NCBI GenBank assembly: GCA_964627245.1
Contig: CAZVGS010000003.1
Location: forward strand, 47,551 to 111,550
Length of the DNA: 64,000 nt
Reading direction: 5' to 3'
DNA from: an uncultured Gammaproteobacteria bacterium
Lineage (GTDB): Bacteria > Patescibacteriota > Microgenomatia > Levybacterales > GWA1-39-11
Shown here one piece after another: positions 8,124 through 17,353 of the stretch. The position numbers and the translations under genes were made by a program. The notes beneath the pieces were generated by a model. The model saw nothing but the letters and a program-made list of their open reading frames with translations, made no database searches and was not told where the DNA came from. Each line of letters starts with the position of its first letter. Position 1 is the stretch's first letter.

Positions 8124-9404
8124 ATGCTGTATACTTTTTCTTCAACAAAAACATCTGCACTCGTTACCGTTTTTGCATTATTTTTTTTATTGTCGGTAAA
8201 AGTTTTTGCGCAAGATCCGACTCCAACTCCTACAACCGCACCTACCTCAGTTAATTCAAATAGTAATATATCTGATTGTTCTAGCAATAATATTAGTGTC
8301 GCTGATTGTCCTTCCTATCTTCAGAAAAAATTATCAGAATTGCAAGGACAGGATAAGACCTTATCATCGCAAATCGCAATTGCTGATAATCAGATAAAAC
8401 TTACAGAAGCAAAGATTGCAAAAACCGAAGATGAAATAGATGCACTAACAGATGACATTGATATAACCAAGACAAAAATTTCAAGTTCTGAAGGAACCCT
8501 GGAACAAACTTCATTTGCATTTATAGGAAGAGCCAAGGCGGTGTATCAAGTCGGTTCCGTCAGCCCTTGGCAAGTTTTGTTGACATCAAACACTCTGGAC
8601 AATTTTTTCACCAGACTAAAATATTTAAAAATTGTTCAGCTTTTCGATAAACGAAATATTTATGCGGCTGAGCAAGCAAAGGTTAATTATAAAAATCAAC
8701 AGGATATTTTAGAAGATAAAAAAACCCAACAGGAACAGTTGAGTGTAAAATTGCAAGATTATACAAATCAGTTAAATGAAGATAAAGAGTCTAAAAAGAA
8801 ATTGTTGGCCGAAACTAAGGGAAGTGAAGCAACATACCAAAAGTTATTGGCTGCTGCAAAAGCGCAATTAGAAGGGTTTAGCAACTTTGCAATAACACAA
8901 GGAGGAGCAACATTATTATCGGGTCAAACTTCTTGTGATGATTGGGGATGCTATTACAATCAAAGAGATTCACAATGGGGAAGCCAATCTCTCAATGGAA
9001 CACAATACACTTTAGCAAGCGACGGATGCTTAGTAACTGCAATGGCAATGGTTTATACGCATTATGGAAATAGAGGCGTTAATCCAATAACAATAAACTC
9101 AAATTCTGGTAATTTTGCATCTTATTACCCTGCATATTTGCTCAAGCGAATTTCTGCAGAAGGAAGAACGGCTGAAAGAGTTTGGACAGATATCGACAAT
9201 ACTCTTTCATCGGGAGACCCTGTAGTAGTTGGTATTTCTTATGATGGAGGAGGGATTGCCGATCACTTTGTGGTATTTATTAGTGGATCTGGTGGTAACT
9301 ATACGATGCATGACCCCTTTACCCCAAATGGCAAAGGTATATCTTTTAATGAACGGTATCCGGGAGTAAGAATTGTGGAATACGAAAAAGTAGTTTTCCT
9401 CTAG
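8124..9404 (+). CDS. PcsB/CwlO/EnvC-like coiled-coil protein with a C-terminal C39-like cysteine peptidase domain
   Basis: Signal peptide, long coiled coil, YYNQRDSQW...GCLVTAMAMV...HFVV...HDP; follows ftsX. Confidence 0.8.
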   Translation: MLYTFSSTKTSALVTVFALFFLLSVKVFAQDPTPTPTTAPTSVNSNSNISDCSSNNISVADCPSYLQKKLSELQGQDKTLSSQIAIADNQIKLTEAKIAKTEDEIDALTDDIDITKTKISSSEGTLEQTSFAFIGRAKAVYQVGSVSPWQVLLTSNTLDNFFTRLKYLKIVQLFDKRNIYAAEQAKVNYKNQQDILEDKKTQQEQLSVKLQDYTNQLNEDKESKKKLLAETKGSEATYQKLLAAAKAQLEGFSNFAITQGGATLLSGQTSCDDWGCYYNQRDSQWGSQSLNGTQYTLASDGCLVTAMAMVYTHYGNRGVNPITINSNSGNFASYYPAYLLKRISAEGRTAERVWTDIDNTLSSGDPVVVGISYDGGGIADHFVVFISGSGGNYTMHDPFTPNGKGISFNERYPGVRIVEYEKVVFL

Positions 9405-9452
9405 CCCTTGCAACTTTTGCAACTTTCAGCTTAAATCAGATTAAGAATTATC

Positions 9453-10295
9453 ATGAAAAAGCTTTTACTGGCAGTCTTATTTTTGGTTTTATTTACGAGA
9501 AGGTCAGACGCAACGCTGTATATAAATGAATTCAACTCGGGTTCAAATTCCGATTGGATTGAAATATATAACTCTGATTCATCAAGCGTTGATCTATCAG
9601 AATACATACTGAGAGATTCAACAGACACTAACAAACTTGAACTTACAGGAACAGTTAATGGAAACGGTTTTTTGAGTTTTGATTGGAATAGTAAGCTAAA
9701 CAACGAAGAAGACTCTATACGTTTACTTTTGAAATCTGATGAGAGTAGCGTTGATATAGTTTCCTACGGCAATTCAGGGGCAATTTCTGCTCCTTCAGGA
9801 ATTCAGACAGGCGGAAGAAAACCGGATGGATCCGGTACGTGGGTTATCTTTGAATCTGGAACAAGAAATTTGTCTAACAATGCTTCGCAGGTGGTTCCGA
9901 CTCCAACCCCATCTCCAACAAATTCTCCAACAAATACTCCTACACCAACTCCTACAAATTCACCTACAAATACTCCAACCCCATCTCCAACAAAAACACC
10001 AACCCCTACACCTTCAAAAGGACCATCTCCTACTTTAGTTTCCAAGCCTTCGCCAACTCCCCAAGTTCTGGCCGCCAACACCAGTAACCAAGCTCCTCAG
10101 CAAGGAGCAACTTCTGACAGTAATGTTGATCTGGGCAGCAATTTATCAGATCTGGAAAAACCAAAAGAGCAAGGGTATAACTGGTGGAAACTTTTCATTG
10201 TTATGGGAAGCGTTATAATTACGGGTGCAGTTGGTGTATTTCTATATAATAATCACATAAAAGAAAGATCTGAAGAATTAGGTCAAAGTATGTAG
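9453..10295 (+). CDS. Lamin-tail-domain surface protein with Pro/Thr linker and C-terminal TM anchor
   Basis: INEF...DWIEIYN...VDLSEYIL.D motif; PTPTPSPT repeats; C-terminal TM. Confidence 0.85.
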   Translation: MKKLLLAVLFLVLFTRRSDATLYINEFNSGSNSDWIEIYNSDSSSVDLSEYILRDSTDTNKLELTGTVNGNGFLSFDWNSKLNNEEDSIRLLLKSDESSVDIVSYGNSGAISAPSGIQTGGRKPDGSGTWVIFESGTRNLSNNASQVVPTPTPSPTNSPTNTPTPTPTNSPTNTPTPSPTKTPTPTPSKGPSPTLVSKPSPTPQVLAANTSNQAPQQGATSDSNVDLGSNLSDLEKPKEQGYNWWKLFIVMGSVIITGAVGVFLYNNHIKERSEELGQSM

Positions 10296-10733
10296 ATGGA
10301 GGAATTAACAAGCAATTCAAGTCAGCAAACCGAAAATATAGGATGCGGCTTCGCAAAAAAACTTAAAGGCGGAGATGTAATTTTTTTGATCGGAGAAATA
10401 GGTGTTGGAAAGACAACTTTCGTGAAGGGCTTGGCTAAAGGGATTGGTATAAATTCCAGAATTATTTCTCCCACATTTGTAATTGTTAGAAAACATACTG
10501 TCAGCAATAATAAATCCAATATAAAATCCCTCTACCATCTAGACTTGTATAGACTCGATAATAAAAAACAGGCGCAGGATATTGATCTTAAAGATTTTTT
10601 GGATGATAAATCGGGAATTGTCGTTATTGAGTGGCCTAATATTAGTCAAGATATAATAAAAGGTAAAATCTGGAAAATAGTTTTTGAAGATACAGGGACG
10701 GATAAGCGGAAAATAACCTTTCAGTATGAATAA
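10296..10733 (+). CDS. tsaE: tRNA threonylcarbamoyladenosine biosynthesis ATPase TsaE
   Basis: GEIGVGKTTF, SPTF, HLDLYRL and IEWP motifs. Confidence 0.96.
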   Translation: MEELTSNSSQQTENIGCGFAKKLKGGDVIFLIGEIGVGKTTFVKGLAKGIGINSRIISPTFVIVRKHTVSNNKSNIKSLYHLDLYRLDNKKQAQDIDLKDFLDDKSGIVVIEWPNISQDIIKGKIWKIVFEDTGTDKRKITFQYE

Positions 10734-11304
10734 TATTTTTGAAGTAGCAAAACGTTTCAAGGATGGAGAAGTTGGGATATTCCCGACAGATACAGCTTTT
10801 GGAATAGGCTGCCGAATGGATAATGTCAATTCTGTAAAAAGGATTTTTCAACTACGCCACCGTCCGGTAGAAAAAGCACTTTTAGTGCTTGTTGATTCGG
10901 TAAAAATGGCCGAAGAGTACGTTGTTATAGATGAAAAAATCAAGAAAAATCTAATTGATAAATACTGGCCGGGAGGTCTAACATTGATTTTGAAATGTAA
11001 TAAAGAAAAAGTTCCAGAAATAGTAAGGTCAGGAAAAGAGACCTTAGCCGTAAGGTTTCCCGACCACCCTACACTTCAAAAAATAATTAGTGAAGTTGGA
11101 GTTCCAATAGTTGCGCCTTCTGCAAATTATTCGGGTGAAAAAACTCCATTAAAACTCTCCGAGGTTAATAAAAGTTTGCTTGATAAAGTTGACTTTAGCC
11201 TAAAGGGTGTGTGTACAATGGAAGGAGTTTCGACAATAATAGATGCTGCATCGGACCGTTTAACAATAGTTAGGAATGGTGTTGTCAAAATTGCGGAATT
11301 GTAA
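10726..11304 (+). CDS. tsaC: Threonylcarbamoyl-AMP synthase (TsaC/YrdC)
   Basis: FPTDTAFGI, WPGGLT, AVRFPDH and APSAN motifs. Confidence 0.93.
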   Translation: MNNIFEVAKRFKDGEVGIFPTDTAFGIGCRMDNVNSVKRIFQLRHRPVEKALLVLVDSVKMAEEYVVIDEKIKKNLIDKYWPGGLTLILKCNKEKVPEIVRSGKETLAVRFPDHPTLQKIISEVGVPIVAPSANYSGEKTPLKLSEVNKSLLDKVDFSLKGVCTMEGVSTIIDAASDRLTIVRNGVVKIAEL

Positions 11305-11308
11305 CTTA

Positions 11309-11623
11309 ATGGCTAATTTAATTATTGACACACGTAACAGCGGTAACGTTCTGGCAAAGTTAATTGCAGGAGACCAAATATTTGAAGAGAATTCCATTTC
11401 AAAAGATAACAGACCGGAATCAATACTTCTTTTAATAGATAGAGTTTGTGAAAAAGCAGGAGTAAAAGTCAGTGAAGTTGATGAAATTACGGTAGAAGAG
11501 GGGCCGGGGTCCTATACCGGTCTTAAAGTCGGAGTAAGTGTTGCAAACGCGCTTTCTTTTGCTTTAGGCAAAAAAGTGAACGGGAAAAATGTTGGAGAAA
11601 TTGTAGAGCCAAAATATGAATAA
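11309..11623 (+). CDS. tsaB: Short TsaB (N-terminal lobe only)
   Basis: IIDT and GPGSYTGLKVG motifs; 104 aa from ATG 11309. Confidence 0.85.
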   Translation: MANLIIDTRNSGNVLAKLIAGDQIFEENSISKDNRPESILLLIDRVCEKAGVKVSEVDEITVEEGPGSYTGLKVGVSVANALSFALGKKVNGKNVGEIVEPKYE

Positions 11624-11632
11624 CTGCCTCTT

Positions 11633-12526
11633 ATGAATATTTTCCATTTTTTTATTCCTCATCATAAAAATAACCACAGAGCAAAGCTTTTACACAACTT
11701 AACTTTATTTATTCTTATAGTTTCAACAGCGCTTGTTAGTTCTCTATCCGTTGCGGTTCATAGAATTCATCCCGAAGTTTTGGGTATTTCGTATCAAATA
11801 TCCGATAATGAGCTTTTGAATTTAACAAATTTTGAGAGAGAACAAAACGGATTACCAGCGCTTAGTTATAACAAGACCTTAGAGAAGGCTGCTAAAAAAA
11901 AGGGAGAACATATGTTCAAATATAATTATTGGTCACATTATGCTCCGGACGGAACATCGCCATGGGATTTTATAAAAGGAGAGGGGTACGATTACACATA
12001 CGCAGGGGAGAATTTAGCAAAAGGATTTACGACTTCTTACGACACTATAAAAGCATGGATGGCATCTCCTACACACAAGGAAAATATACTTTCTTCCAAG
12101 TATTCCGAGGTGGGATTTGCTATATTAGAAGGTAGACTTAGCGGTGAAGATACGATACTTGTTGTGCAGGAATTTGGTGCAACAGATAATTTAGCAGGAA
12201 CAGATACGAAAAGTTTGCCAGATACATCTTCGGATATTGTTTTCAGACCTGCTGAAGTTCAAGGTTCTTATCAAGTCAGTCTGTCTTCCCCACCCTCAAG
12301 CATTTCACGAAGTATTTCAAAAAAACCTCTCATAGATGTTAATGTTTTGGCTAAGTCTGTTACATTTTTACTTCTTTCAGCGCTTTTAATTGCCTTGATA
12401 TTAGATTTTGTGATAATTGAAAAAAAGAAGATACCAAGAATTGTTGGCAACAATCTTGACCACTTAATACTGGTAACATTATTTATAGCATTTGTTTTCA
12501 TGGCTAAATTGGGACACATAATATAA
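11633..12526 (+). CDS. CAP/SCP-domain membrane protein
   Basis: N.ER...GL..L, YWSH, AGENLA and WMASPTHKENIL motifs. Confidence 0.9.
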   Translation: MNIFHFFIPHHKNNHRAKLLHNLTLFILIVSTALVSSLSVAVHRIHPEVLGISYQISDNELLNLTNFEREQNGLPALSYNKTLEKAAKKKGEHMFKYNYWSHYAPDGTSPWDFIKGEGYDYTYAGENLAKGFTTSYDTIKAWMASPTHKENILSSKYSEVGFAILEGRLSGEDTILVVQEFGATDNLAGTDTKSLPDTSSDIVFRPAEVQGSYQVSLSSPPSSISRSISKKPLIDVNVLAKSVTFLLLSALLIALILDFVIIEKKKIPRIVGNNLDHLILVTLFIAFVFMAKLGHII

Positions 12527-12783
12527 TGAAGAAAAATCACTCGATTCTATATCTTATTGAATTTGCCATTATTGGATCAGGCTTTGCTTTATTGCTAAGT
12601 TACAAGATGACTTTCTACAGCCAAATGCTAACTCTTCTAGTTATTTTAACAATTTATACTATTATTGGGATAATTCATCACGGTAAGCATCATGATATTC
12701 ATCCAAAAGTTGTGTTAGAATATATTTTGGTAAGTGCATTAATGTTTGCACTTTTTGTTTTTCTAAACATATCGAGAATATGA
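12526..12783 (+). CDS. Small 3-TM hypothetical protein
   Basis: 85 aa, translationally coupled, His-rich loop HHGKHH. Confidence 0.7.
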   Translation: MKKNHSILYLIEFAIIGSGFALLLSYKMTFYSQMLTLLVILTIYTIIGIIHHGKHHDIHPKVVLEYILVSALMFALFVFLNISRI

Positions 12784-13502
12784 AAGGAATAATTCTTGCT
12801 GGCGGTAAGGCAACTCGGCTTAGACCCCTAACAAAAATAACTTCAAAACAACTCTTGCCCGTCTACGATAAACCAATGATATTTTATCCATTGGAGACTT
12901 TAGCAAGAGCAGGCATAAAAGACATATTAATTATTGTTGCTCCGGAATATTCAGGTCATTTTCTCAATCTCTTAGGATCAGGTAAAGAATTTGGGGTTAA
13001 TTTTAGCTATGAAGTGCAGGAAGAACCAAGGGGACTCGCTGATGCTTTTAGAGTAGGCGAGAATTTTATAGGGGATGATAGTGTCGCAATGATATTAGGT
13101 GACAATATATTTGATCAAGATTTTTCTGAAAGCATAGCTTCATTTAAGGGCGGAGGAAAAGTGTTTGCGAAGAAGGTGCATGATCCTGAAAGATTCGGAG
13201 TTGTGGAATTTGATGCTCAAAATCAAGTTATATCAATTGAAGAAAAACCGGAGCACCCTAAAAGTGAATTTGCGGTTGTGGGACTTTACATATATGACAA
13301 TAGGGTTGTTCAATATGCTAAGGAGCTTGCTCCGTCTGAAAGGGGAGAAATAGAAATTACGGATATAAATAATAGATATTTGCAGGATGGAGAATTGAAT
13401 GTGGACATAATAGATAGTATATGGCTTGATGCAGGTACATTCGACAGCCTTTATGAGGCCAATAAATATTGGGCAGAGAAAAGAAGGACTAACAATTCTT
13501 GA
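12780..13502 (+). CDS. rmlA: Glucose-1-phosphate thymidylyltransferase (short form)
   Basis: GIILAGGKATRLRP, SKQLLPVYDKPMI, GEIEITD and WLDAGT motifs. Confidence 0.92.
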   Translation: MKGIILAGGKATRLRPLTKITSKQLLPVYDKPMIFYPLETLARAGIKDILIIVAPEYSGHFLNLLGSGKEFGVNFSYEVQEEPRGLADAFRVGENFIGDDSVAMILGDNIFDQDFSESIASFKGGGKVFAKKVHDPERFGVVEFDAQNQVISIEEKPEHPKSEFAVVGLYIYDNRVVQYAKELAPSERGEIEITDINNRYLQDGELNVDIIDSIWLDAGTFDSLYEANKYWAEKRRTNNS

Positions 13503-13526
13503 TATTTTCTGGTATATTTCTAAAAT

Positions 13527-13967
13527 ATGGCATTAGCAACGACTGAGGAAGCAAAAAAAGTAATAACCTATACGGCAGAACGTGAGGAAAATGGGTTTTT
13601 GATAGAGCTGTTCAAAGACAAGGAGACAGGGCAAAAAACGGAAGTTTATTTGACAGCTGCAAAGCCGGGCGCTTTCAAAGGATACCACTTGCATCGTGTA
13701 AGAGCCGCGAGATACGTTGCAGTTAAAGGAAAAATGAAAATAACTCTATATAAACCAGGTGAGCCGGATTCTAAAGAGGAGCACATTCTAGATGCTTCAA
13801 TTCCCTCAAGGCTTTTTATTCCAAAAGATATTGCAACAGGTCTTGAAAATATAGGCGACGAAGAGGCATGGTTGGTTAACTATCCCGATCCTTCTTATGA
13901 CCCATCACTTACTGACGAACAAGTAGAGTATACAGAAGAAGAGCTCCTAAATGGTGTGGTCAAATAG
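13527..13967 (+). CDS. Cupin, dTDP-4-dehydrorhamnose 3,5-epimerase-like (RmlC family)
   Basis: E.GFL.ELF, KGYHLH and IP..IATG cupin pattern; follows rmlA. Confidence 0.7.
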   Translation: MALATTEEAKKVITYTAEREENGFLIELFKDKETGQKTEVYLTAAKPGAFKGYHLHRVRAARYVAVKGKMKITLYKPGEPDSKEEHILDASIPSRLFIPKDIATGLENIGDEEAWLVNYPDPSYDPSLTDEQVEYTEEELLNGVVK

Positions 13968-14052
13968 TTCTACAATTTCTTAATTAATTTCCCTATTCAA
14001 TTTAAGCATAATTTAAGTATTCTATTTTACAATTAATATTGTAAAACTGGTG

Positions 14053-14089
14053 AACAAAAACGCTAAGCTAACCGCTTAGCGTTTTTGTT
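14053..14089. terminator. Perfect 16-bp inverted repeat; likely bidirectional intrinsic terminator
   Basis: aacaaaaacgctaagc-taacc-gcttagcgtttttgtt. Confidence 0.8.
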
Positions 14090-14117
14090 TTGAGGGCTAT
14101 GATGCTATGATTTGTAT

Positions 14118-14567
14118 ATGGACATCCAAGCTCTAATTCAAGACTATCTAACAAAGACACAGATAATGCATCTTGCAACAACTCACGGCAACAAGCCTTG
14201 GGTAACTGCGCTTTATTTTGCTGTTGATATAAACTTAAGTATTTATTGGCTGTCACGTAGAAGTAGGCGCCATTCCCGGGAAATAGAAAAAAACTCGCAT
14301 GTTGCAGGAACAATAGTTATTCCACATAGCTATGGAGATAAAGTTAGGGGGCTGCAGTTTGAGGGAGAAGCAAGGGTATTACATGATCAAGATGCGGTTG
14401 CAGGAAAAGGGGTTTATAGTAGTAAATTTTGGGTAGTTGAGGATAGAGCTAGCAATGACGTCGAAGGTGAAGATAACCAAGGCTGTTATCAGATAAAACC
14501 AGAAAGATTTATTCTCTATGATGAGGTTAATTTCCCTAATAGTCCGTCTCAAGAGTTAAAATTATAG
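14118..14567 (+). CDS. Pyridoxamine 5'-phosphate oxidase-like FMN-binding protein
   Basis: MHLAT...PW...YF...SRRHS.EI..N.VAGTI...RGLQFEG pattern. Confidence 0.8.
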   Translation: MDIQALIQDYLTKTQIMHLATTHGNKPWVTALYFAVDINLSIYWLSRRSRRHSREIEKNSHVAGTIVIPHSYGDKVRGLQFEGEARVLHDQDAVAGKGVYSSKFWVVEDRASNDVEGEDNQGCYQIKPERFILYDEVNFPNSPSQELKL

Positions 14568-14586
14568 GTTTTGGTATAATCTTTTT

Positions 14587-15228
14587 GTGAAAGAGGCTGA
14601 TAAAACCGAACCAAAATCTGCGCTCAATATCGTATTGCTTCCGGATAAGATAGTTCATGGAGAAGCTGTTCTTTGCAGTACCAGACTCTCAAGAAATTTT
14701 GAAACCGAATTTACCCTTGATTCTAGATTATTCCTTCCTCATATAACACTTTATCAAGGATACTTTCCAGACAGAAATATAGATGTACTTTTTGAAGAAT
14801 TGAGAAAATTCCCTGTATGGGGTGAGGATGCAGAGATTGTGATGAAGAATTTTCAGGTATCTCATGGTACTTTTGTTTTTTGGGAGGCAGTTAAATCACC
14901 TTTCATAACAGGACTTCATGAAATGATTGTTGGGTCAGCGAATCGGTTAAGAGAAGGCAACATACCCTTCAACATACAAGAGATGATGGGTAATCTTCCT
15001 GAAGAAGAGCGCGAGATGGTAAAAAAAACAGGCGGAATACTCAACTTGGATTTATTTAATCCCCACATAACTTTAACAAGGTTAAAAAGCGCTAAAGACG
15101 GCAAAAACGCATTAGATTATTTGAGAGGTAGTCAGCCCTCAAAATTTTCACCTCAAGCATTATATGTTGGAAAGCTTGGCGATCATGGAACAGTTTCTGA
15201 AATCGTTGAAGAAATCTTCTATAAGTAA
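14587..15228 (+). CDS. 2H phosphoesterase superfamily protein
   Basis: Two HxT motifs (PHITLY, PHITLT); GTG start 6 nt after TGgTATAAT. Confidence 0.8.
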   Translation: MKEADKTEPKSALNIVLLPDKIVHGEAVLCSTRLSRNFETEFTLDSRLFLPHITLYQGYFPDRNIDVLFEELRKFPVWGEDAEIVMKNFQVSHGTFVFWEAVKSPFITGLHEMIVGSANRLREGNIPFNIQEMMGNLPEEEREMVKKTGGILNLDLFNPHITLTRLKSAKDGKNALDYLRGSQPSKFSPQALYVGKLGDHGTVSEIVEEIFYK

Positions 15229-15280
15229 AACTCCATTGGAGTGAGCGCAAGGTGTGTGATTTTGGTATACTTTGCTTGAT

Positions 15281-16294
15281 ATGGCAAAATTACTTGTTAC
15301 TGGCGGAGCCGGCTTCATAGGTTCCAATTTCACTTTGTACTGGGTTAAGAAATATCCCCAGGATACTGTCGTGGTTTTTGATAAATTGACGTATGCAGGG
15401 AATTTAGAAAATCTTAGATCAATAGAGAAAGAACCTAATTATCTATTTATTCAAGGCGATATAGTAAATCCCGAAATGGTTGACAACGTAATGAACGGTG
15501 TTGATATTGTGGTCCATTTTGCCGCGGAGTCCCACGTCGACAGATCGATAAAAGAGCCAGCTTCATTCGTTAAAACAAACGTTGTCGGAACGCAGGTTTT
15601 GCTCGACGCTTCGCTCAAACACGAAATAAAACGTTTTCATCATATTTCAACTGATGAAGTTTTTGGTGCGTTAAGTCTTAGTTCGCAAGAAAAGTTTAGT
15701 GAGAATACAAAGTATGACCCCAGAAGTCCATATTCGGCAAGTAAAGCAGGCTCCGATCATCTGGTTAGAGCCTATGGTGAAACTTTCGGTTTGCCTATAT
15801 CTATAACTAACTGTGCAAATAACTACGGTCCATTTCACTTTCCCGAAAAACTGATTCCGCTTGCCATAACAAATCTGCTCGAAGGAAAAAAAGTACCTGT
15901 ATACGGTGATGGCCTCTACGTAAGGGACTGGCTTTACGTAGAAGATCATGTTAGAGCAATCGAAGCTGTAATACAAAGCGGAAAAGACGGATCAACTTAT
16001 TGCGTGGGAGGAATGACGCAAGATGTTAATAATTTGGAGGTAGTTAAGAAAATTGTAAATATTATGGGTAAAAGTGAGGATATGATTGAGTTTGTCAAAG
16101 ATAGGCCAGGACATGATAGAAGATATGCTATAGATTGGTCAAAAATAAAAGATGAATTAGGTTGGGAGCCATTACACGGTTTTGATACTTGGTTAGGTAA
16201 GACCATCGCTTGGTATCAAGAAAACGAGAAATGGTGGAAAGATATCAAAAGTGGAGAGTACAAAAATTACTATGAAGAGCATTATGGTGAATAG
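15281..16294 (+). CDS. rmlB: dTDP-glucose 4,6-dehydratase
   Basis: GGAGFIG, HFAAESHVD, STDEV, YSASK and DRPGHD motifs. Confidence 0.96.
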   Translation: MAKLLVTGGAGFIGSNFTLYWVKKYPQDTVVVFDKLTYAGNLENLRSIEKEPNYLFIQGDIVNPEMVDNVMNGVDIVVHFAAESHVDRSIKEPASFVKTNVVGTQVLLDASLKHEIKRFHHISTDEVFGALSLSSQEKFSENTKYDPRSPYSASKAGSDHLVRAYGETFGLPISITNCANNYGPFHFPEKLIPLAITNLLEGKKVPVYGDGLYVRDWLYVEDHVRAIEAVIQSGKDGSTYCVGGMTQDVNNLEVVKKIVNIMGKSEDMIEFVKDRPGHDRRYAIDWSKIKDELGWEPLHGFDTWLGKTIAWYQENEKWWKDIKSGEYKNYYEEHYGE

Positions 16295-16374
16295 GCACAA
16301 TTTATTTTCCAGATTTTCTGCTTACGGAAAATAGAAATAAACCTTTTTACGGGTTCTTCTGCTTGTGATCAAAT

Positions 16375-17301
16375 ATGAAATTAGTTCTTACAGGAGCAAC
16401 AGGACTTATTGGGTCCAGATTTGTGGAGTTGTTGTGCGAAAAACACGAAATTGTTCCATTGTCTACGGCAAGCGGTGTGGATATAACTAATCCGGAATCT
16501 GTTTCTAATTTTCTAAAAAATAAGTCATATGATGCTGTTATTCATTTAGCGGGTAAGGCAAATGTTGACGGATGTGAAGCCGACCGCACCCACGACCTTG
16601 AGATTCTTAATACTAATTCTGAGAATGTTTTAGGCATTAACATGAAGGATTTGGATATACAGCCGTGGATAGGCAATAATACTGCAGTGGCAGTCAACTC
16701 TGTGGGAACAAAAATTCTATACGAGGAAGTCAAAAAAACAAATGCAAAATTTGTTTACATTTCAACCGATTTTATTTTTTCAGGGAATGAGGAGAGTTAT
16801 GATGAAAATTCAAGCCCAAATCCTGTTAATTGGTACGGGATGAGTAAATATCTGGGTGAGAAAATAATTGATCAAAATTCCGATTCGATCGTGAGGATTG
16901 CATTTCCTTACGGATATCCTAGTCCTATCAAAAAAGATCTTGTATGGAAGTTGCATGACCTGCTGCAGAACAGAGATGAAGTTTCTTTAATATCCGATCA
17001 AGTAATCACTCCGACTTTTATTGATGATATCGTAATGGGTTTGGATTTTTTGCTTAATACAGATTTGTTAGGAGTAATAAATCTGGTCGGTTCTACCTCG
17101 CTCAGCCCTAAGGAGATTGGGATGAAAATAAAGGAAAAATTTGAATTAAACACCGTAATCAATGAATCATCTCTCTTGTCGGTTTATGAAGGAAAAGCGC
17201 GGCGTCCTTTAAAGTCTATTATGAAAAATGATAAGCTAAGAAGTATGGGGTTTGTGTCAAAAAGTTTCGACGAGGGGCTAGCTTTGATAGTCTCTAGATA
17301 G
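16375..17301 (+). CDS. rmlD: dTDP-4-dehydrorhamnose reductase family SDR
   Basis: GATGLIG, VDGCE, YISTDFIFSG, YGMSK and DQ..TPT motifs. Confidence 0.85.
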   Translation: MKLVLTGATGLIGSRFVELLCEKHEIVPLSTASGVDITNPESVSNFLKNKSYDAVIHLAGKANVDGCEADRTHDLEILNTNSENVLGINMKDLDIQPWIGNNTAVAVNSVGTKILYEEVKKTNAKFVYISTDFIFSGNEESYDENSSPNPVNWYGMSKYLGEKIIDQNSDSIVRIAFPYGYPSPIKKDLVWKLHDLLQNRDEVSLISDQVITPTFIDDIVMGLDFLLNTDLLGVINLVGSTSLSPKEIGMKIKEKFELNTVINESSLLSVYEGKARRPLKSIMKNDKLRSMGFVSKSFDEGLALIVSR

Positions 17302-17353
17302 TAAAATAACTAAATGCATTTCGGTTTTTATAGGCTGAGTAATTTACATTAAT

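Noticed and set aside
9895-10065. Tandem DNA repeats (actccaaccccatctccaacaaa and similar)
   Set aside because: Explained by the Pro/Thr/Ser linker of the lamin-tail protein; the antisense GVGVG ORF is a shadow
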